This document shows positions 16,601 to 20,000 of a stretch of DNA of 20,000 nucleotides, piece after piece (within the stretch, counting starts at the first letter, position 1; every line of letters starts with the position of its first letter). The notes under the pieces were generated by a model. That model did not search any database. It was not told where the DNA came from and saw only the letters and a program-made list of their open reading frames with translations. The translations under genes and the position numbers were made by a program. Origin of the DNA: an uncultured virus (IMG/VR IMGVR_UViG_3300044701_001189) (lineage: Duplodnaviria; Heunggongvirae; Uroviricota; Caudoviricetes). The DNA lies in IMG/VR virus record IMGVR_UViG_3300044701_001189, one strand, 5' to 3'.

Positions 16601-19145
16601 ATATGTACAGAAGATTGGATATCAGTATTGGGAAAAGCTTTATGCTCTACGTGCAGAGACTCTTGATGAAGAGGGTAAACCGGCTCAATATAAAAAGACA
16701 GATACTCTTAAAGGTCAAGAGCTTAAAGATGCTATATCTTATAACATTAAGCTCTATGCTGCAAAGAAGGTTTATAACAGCTTTAAGAATGCTGAAAAGA
16801 TAACTGAAAATGGATTTGAAGATGGTGATTACCATCGCTATAGTAACGAGTTTAAAACTGCAAGAGCTCAGTATGCTGAGTTTAGAGGTGGCCGTTGGAG
16901 ACCAAAAGCTGGTGTTACTGCTGAAGAATACGCAGGTTACCTAAATAAATACTTCAGAAAGGCGCCTCCTTACATGAGTCCAATCGTGGTTGAAGGTAAG
17001 TTTACTGGTGAAGTTCGTGAAGTAAAAGACAGATACTTTGTAAGAGACGAGTACATAGAAATTAGAGAGCAGGCTGCAACTGGAGAAAACATGCTTGATT
17101 CAGCATATGAAGAGATCATGAAACCAACTGATGCTTTAGGCCAAGCTAGAAAAGACTACTATGATTGGTGGACTAATCAGCATGAAAAAGGTTCTATTGC
17201 TTCATTGCCTAGAGATATTGAATCCAGCATTACAGGAAAGATACCCAGAATCCAGAAGAATTTCTTTAATAAGATTAAAGATATGGATGAGGGTAGAGGT
17301 GCCGCTGTTCTTAAAATGGTTGGTAAACTTGTGAATGTTTTTGGAATTAAGACTAAAGTTTATCCTAAAGTATATCAAACAGACGAGGCTGGAGACTTAG
17401 TAAGAACACCTCCTGTATTTTTTACAGCAGATCTAAAGAGTCAAAAACGCATTGATAGTTTGAAGACTCAGCTTGAAGAGCTAGTTAATCAAAAGAAGGC
17501 GGGGACAATTGGTATAAAAGAATACTTGGCTGAGCGTAAAAGACTTTCTGGTATTCTTACTGCTGAAGAAAACAAGATTACACCTGACGATATCAATACT
17601 GATATGACTCAGAATCTTATTGCATTTAGAACAATGGCTTCAAACTTTGAAGCAATGAATGCAGTAGAAGATACTATTCTTGCTCTTAAGAAGATTATTG
17701 ATCAAAGAGAGTACACCCCTGCTGGAGGTGAGCTCTCTCAAAAGGTTACTGCTAAGGGTAGAGAAATGCTCTCTATGTCTGGAGAAAAGAAAATGAGTAA
17801 TGTTCAAGACAGATTAAATAACTGGCTTGAGATGACTTTTTACAACGAAGGTGCTTTTGAAAAGAGTGTGGCAGAACAACTGGTATCTACAGTTCTTAAG
17901 TATACCTCTTTAACTTATGTTGGATTTAACCCATTCTCAGCTTTAAATAACATTATATACGGTAGGATATCTAATGCTATTGAAACTGCCGGTGCTCAGT
18001 TTTATGATAGAAGGGCAATCATGCGTTCTACAAAAGAATTAAATATTGCACTTGGTGGATTCATGCAAGGGCTTGGAAGCAAAGCTGCTTTTATGACTGG
18101 TCCGGATAAGTATAGAAATCACAAACCAAACTCAAAGTATGAAGCTTTAGTTGATCACTTTAAAATGATACGTAAGTATCAGTCTGGTGAAGGTAGAGAA
18201 GGCATCTCTGATGTTCTTAGTTTTGGTTACTGGCTTCAGGAAGGCGGTGAATATATGATTCAGAGTAAGACTGGTGTTGCAATGCTTATGTCTAAGCAGC
18301 TTACAAACAGCATTACTGGTGAGACATCTTCTATATACGATGCTCTAGATTATGACCAAGCTACAGGAAAGGTTTCTGTTAAAGATGGTTTTGAGTTTAC
18401 TGAAGATCAGCGTGCTGAGCTAAGTAGAAATATCTGGGGTATGAATGAATACATTCATGGTAACTATGCTGATGAAGACAAGATGGTAATTCAAAAGTAC
18501 TCGCTTGGTTTGTTAGCTGCTCAGTTCCATAAGTGGGTGTGGCCTTCATTTAAAGCTAGATTTAAGAAGAGCAGTTTTGATGAGCGCTTTGGTGTTTACA
18601 CTGAAGGTAGATATCGTACTATGGTTAAAATGCTTGGATATGTATGGGGTGCTCATGGTAGTATCAAAGAGAGATACAAGGAAGCTAACGGTGTTTTAAC
18701 TCCTACAGAAATAGCAAACATTCAAAAGACACTTGCTGAAATTGGATTTTTCTTAGGTAGCCTTGCACTGTTTGCAATCTTTAGAGGCCTTAAAGATGGT
18801 GTAGATGACGATGATAAAGAACTCAAGCGTCTGCTGGGCCTGCTGCAATTCCAAGCTGATAGAACTCAGTCTGAAATTACAACCTTTGTAGACCCAACAG
18901 AATACGCTCGTCTTCTAAAAAATCCTATTGCTTCTAGCCGTTCACTTGGTGAGTTTGCTGAAGCGATTAACTACTCGGCAGATTACTTCCTTACTCCTGA
19001 TAGAGAGGACAAGTATTATCAACGCACTGAAAGAAAGGGTGACCCTAAGTTCATTAAACAGTGGGAAGATGCTTTGCCTGTAGTTAGATCAATAAACAGA
19101 TGGAAAAGCTTTGATAGTGTTGAAAGATGGTATATCAAAGACTAA
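13674..19145 (+). CDS. Large (1823 aa) virion cargo/ejection protein with degenerate zincin and PD-(D/E)XK nuclease domains
   Basis: ATG 13674 overlaps the upstream TAA (TAATG) and is preferred over the track's TTG 13665; stop is TAA 19143-19145. Contains VEEVLHPF, AGSVDLLVINPDGTAEVVDIKAS, and C-terminal QFHKW (18522), EGRYRT (18603) and hydrophobic IGFFLGSLALFAIF (18741-18782). Confidence 0.88.
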   Translation: MAAKCYNTNDPGFQELMRVYNNYYVVSAIVDEYQSRTKTDDFPSTIQASTIMRDIKATPTSSLQDPVRAIENNLIKKGFAHRLNGKLFITQSPKNARHTIASVRDRNLRAAINYLQANRITEGMYRVIQHAKSVSIQILPERVKDYIPQSAAVNNLSPLLNHLKSTIPGVTIKIVSPAEAKAIHDTIADWQKTDVNFDNVKSFYHKGTAYLIRGRVTNEIAVEEVLHPFVFALSVEKPELFQKLVGDAAIHFPALVQQIKNAYLGLKNFDARDMEIELVSQVLSRVVNKKFEETGTRKDLVDYINNFYEWFIETVKKYLSGLAGYATIDPITKVTTVKIKDLNQDLSFKKLAEGILTEALSFDVDITLDDKVRYNIQKDLRPYVEQVYKNGTQQQKDVIDTVIFNNPNQVTLVDKTHTYYDQDGVEYTSVTTKMKGTLPAEKEIKNSLNLLFGNQIDALVESFTSGRTFEEAKEEAQKMIAKTNARRQDLGLPALTADQGISDDLLEKIYNELVKVFADEENGFQDNAIIIPQVIVSDPTSMVAGSVDLLVINPDGTAEVVDIKASKNSINKKFVTDSGVEVSSYNTSYVQTDGAFKGQKLSTKAQHAIQVGSYAEMLYALGVNVVRTRTMHVNVIVPEGQTGDNQTVTDLVFEGSVDHSVSGNREHIAKIVTVTDNVRTKDEAEPIGSSQTKSESTAREEATKEAEDNKDNPGLVVELNNILGELQLRKGQLERMLSQKKGFSSQAGKSKREQSIVKLTVLMNAVRQDIEDYALLNGTQLNAAVGRLTEFAIQDLESFEKYASNPNNYGKPEFASIILSYSKFLETYTGVENLISKVNSTNQKRLIELKAALDSAGTLLDKSFTEFAAAFVTNNTLNTDLTESDIRAMLEKTVDINKADALLESMAASSDTVLALIDKIYKAQKAKLMFENDLFVQEANEKGNALLAASKAAGIKDTDAYMFMFSKNQDGKLNGRYVQKIGYQYWEKLYALRAETLDEEGKPAQYKKTDTLKGQELKDAISYNIKLYAAKKVYNSFKNAEKITENGFEDGDYHRYSNEFKTARAQYAEFRGGRWRPKAGVTAEEYAGYLNKYFRKAPPYMSPIVVEGKFTGEVREVKDRYFVRDEYIEIREQAATGENMLDSAYEEIMKPTDALGQARKDYYDWWTNQHEKGSIASLPRDIESSITGKIPRIQKNFFNKIKDMDEGRGAAVLKMVGKLVNVFGIKTKVYPKVYQTDEAGDLVRTPPVFFTADLKSQKRIDSLKTQLEELVNQKKAGTIGIKEYLAERKRLSGILTAEENKITPDDINTDMTQNLIAFRTMASNFEAMNAVEDTILALKKIIDQREYTPAGGELSQKVTAKGREMLSMSGEKKMSNVQDRLNNWLEMTFYNEGAFEKSVAEQLVSTVLKYTSLTYVGFNPFSALNNIIYGRISNAIETAGAQFYDRRAIMRSTKELNIALGGFMQGLGSKAAFMTGPDKYRNHKPNSKYEALVDHFKMIRKYQSGEGREGISDVLSFGYWLQEGGEYMIQSKTGVAMLMSKQLTNSITGETSSIYDALDYDQATGKVSVKDGFEFTEDQRAELSRNIWGMNEYIHGNYADEDKMVIQKYSLGLLAAQFHKWVWPSFKARFKKSSFDERFGVYTEGRYRTMVKMLGYVWGAHGSIKERYKEANGVLTPTEIANIQKTLAEIGFFLGSLALFAIFRGLKDGVDDDDKELKRLLGLLQFQADRTQSEITTFVDPTEYARLLKNPIASSRSLGEFAEAINYSADYFLTPDREDKYYQRTERKGDPKFIKQWEDALPVVRSINRWKSFDSVERWYIKD
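14150..14640 (+). other. Domain: degenerate zincin-like fold (HExxH replaced by EEVLH)
   Basis: VKSFYHKGTAYLI strands, then IAVEEVLHPFV (EEVLH nt 14340-14354), MEIELVSQVL and a FYEWF helix. Same order of elements as the intact zincin in the upstream ORF. Confidence 0.6.
14915..15665 (+). other. Domain: PD-(D/E)XK (RecB/AddB/Cas4-like) nuclease
   Basis: HTYY...YTSVTT (from 14922), GNQIDALVE, AGSVD (D nt 15315), VVDIK (D 15357, K 15363) and QHAIQVGSYAEML (QxxxY, Q at 15501). Confidence 0.82.
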
Positions 19146-19324
19146 TCAACAAAGTTGATTAAAGGCTTTATCCATCTAACATTAAAGAATAGAAAACCTA
19201 TAATGAGTTCGTTGCAAGGATAGCAGCGACCTCTAGCGTTTTCAAATTCTCTTGTAGTCTTTCTGTAGGTGATACCTACTGCAATGGCGTCCTTAGAAAG
19301 GATGTCTAATTCTATAATATTCAT
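19142..19324 (-). CDS. Small hypothetical protein (60 aa)
   Basis: ATG preceded on the minus strand by A-rich CACAAAAACCCAACATT. It fills the gap after the large gene, and its TAG overlaps that gene's TAA. Has a hydrophobic ELIIGFLFFNVRW segment and a candidate promoter upstream. Confidence 0.6.
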   Translation of the reverse strand: MNIIELDILSKDAIAVGITYRKTTREFENARGRCYPCNELIIGFLFFNVRWIKPLINFVD

Positions 19325-19431
19325 AATGTTGGGTTTTTGTGATAGGGAAGTTAAGAGTTTATATTTAGATTAACAAGTTTGCCGGCAAGGTTTCATTTCG
19401 TATTTTATATATGAAACCAACTCCAACATTA
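19324..19431. repeat. Cluster of inverted repeats in the divergent intergenic region
   Basis: TAATGTTGG (19324-19332) / CCAACATTA (19423-19431); palindrome TTGCCGGCAA (19379-19388); GGTTTCAT (19389-19396) / ATGAAACC (19411-19418). Confidence 0.7.
19346..19376 (-). promoter_or_regulatory. Candidate Bacteroidota housekeeping-sigma promoter for the 60-aa ORF
   Basis: Minus strand reads TTG-N20-TAACTTCC versus the consensus TTG-N19-21-TAnnTTTG (two mismatches in the -7 element), about 20 nt upstream of the ATG. Confidence 0.4.
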
Positions 19432-19456
19432 ATGCGTAACACTAATCTTGTACAAG

Positions 19457-20000
19457 ATGAAAAAACCTTGGTGGAGTCTGGTAACCTCCTTAATTTCTAT
19501 TTCTGCGTTTGCACAGAATGGTGCAAATGAAATACTTGTAGCACCTGCAAGTAATGATCCATACATTCTTGTAGATACTCTGTTTACCCTGGACAACTAT
19601 CCAGCTACTTATACAGATATTTACGTTCACTTTGCAAACCCAACTGTTACTCCGGTAAAGGCTGTACAGTTTCGTTTGTTCTATGACAATGCTAAGTTTT
19701 CCAATGCTGTAATGTATTGGGGACCTACTGCACAATCAATTACCGATAAGTACGGTTCTTACTTCAACAACACAGGATATATTAACGTTGTTGCTACTTA
19801 CACTGGTTCAACTCCAAACTTTGACTGGGCAGACGGCGCTATGTTTAAGCTCCGTCTTTTTCATTCGTCAGCATATGATGGTGTTGTAACTCCTGTAGCT
19901 ATCTCTGGATCAAGTAGTTACAATAACTTGGCTACTATTGGTAATGGTACTGACGTTAATCTAGAGCTGTATACTTATGGTGGAGCATTCCAAATGACAC
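19457..20000 (+). CDS. Secreted protein with Sec signal peptide and cohesin-like beta-sandwich domain (partial, runs off the window)
   Basis: Hand translation: MKKPWWSLVTSLISISAFA|QNGANEILVAPASNDPYILVDTLFTLDNYPATYTDIYVHFANPTVTPVKAVQFRLFYDNAKFSNAVMYWGPTAQSITDKYGSYFNNTGYINVVATYTGSTPNFDWADGAMFKLRLFHSSAY..., 181 codons without a stop. AVQFRLFYDNAKF (19661-19699) and DGAMFKLRL resemble cohesin strands. The ORF is solid; the domain call is moderate. Confidence 0.8.
   Translation, partial: MKKPWWSLVTSLISISAFAQNGANEILVAPASNDPYILVDTLFTLDNYPATYTDIYVHFANPTVTPVKAVQFRLFYDNAKFSNAVMYWGPTAQSITDKYGSYFNNTGYINVVATYTGSTPNFDWADGAMFKLRLFHSSAYDGVVTPVAISGSSSYNNLATIGNGTDVNLELYTYGGAFQMT

Larger units (their letters stand above)
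1..20000. mobile_element. Bacteriophage genome segment, crAss-like (Crassvirales-type) virion cargo/RNA polymerase module
   Basis: Giant co-oriented genes, one with the DFDID two-barrel RNAP signature known from crAss-like virion RNAPs (Cellulophaga phage phi14:2 gp66). Neighbouring giant protein has zincin-like and PD-(D/E)XK domains. No host housekeeping genes. A-rich, SD-less starts and an AFA|Q signal peptide point to a Bacteroidota host. Free phage versus prophage cannot be decided from this window. Confidence 0.9.

Noticed and set aside
49..16835. Numerous 60-162 aa ORFs antisense to, or out of frame within, the two giant genes
   Set aside because: They are fully or largely nested in long coding regions, have Phe/Ser/Leu/Cys-rich shadow composition and show no motifs.
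118..19145. Stop-codon reassignment (TAG or TGA recoding), known in some crAss-like phages
   Set aside because: More than 6,300 consecutive codons are open in the standard code with no in-frame TAG or TGA, and the genes end in TAA. There is no evidence of recoding here.
19411..19530. 39-codon plus-strand ORF (MKPTPTLMRN...) overlapping the start of the secreted-protein gene
   Set aside because: It is short, out of frame with the well-supported 19457 ORF and has no recognisable features. A regulatory uORF role cannot be excluded but is unsupported.
19490..19735. 81-aa minus-strand ORF in the track
   Set aside because: It is the antisense shadow of the signal-peptide-bearing plus-strand gene at 19457.
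1..20000. tRNA, rRNA, CRISPR arrays or long tandem repeats
   Set aside because: Non-coding space is limited to ~20 nt at 99-117 and ~130 nt at 19325-19456, and neither shows such structures.

Overview
AT-rich, gene-dense phage DNA that reads as the virion-cargo (ejection protein) block of a crAss-like phage (Crassvirales or a relative), probably infecting Bacteroidota. The 3' end of an upstream gene (<1..98) is followed by a 4518-aa protein (118..13674). It joins a Gly/Ala-rich ejection-type N-terminus, an HEAFH...EE zincin metallopeptidase and a single-chain two-barrel virion RNA polymerase (RIPSQ and GADFDIDK motifs). A TAATG overlap couples it to an 1823-aa cargo protein (13674..19145) with a degenerate zincin, a PD-(D/E)XK nuclease and a C-terminal ejection-type region. 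The only Cys residues I found in these ~6,340 residues sit at the facing termini: the penultimate residue of the first protein and residue 5 of the second. A small convergent ORF and a divergent intergenic region with several inverted repeats follow. The window ends in a gene missing from the ORF track (19457..>20000) that encodes a Bacteroidota-style signal peptide plus a cohesin-like domain. All assignments come from motif reading; no database searches were run.
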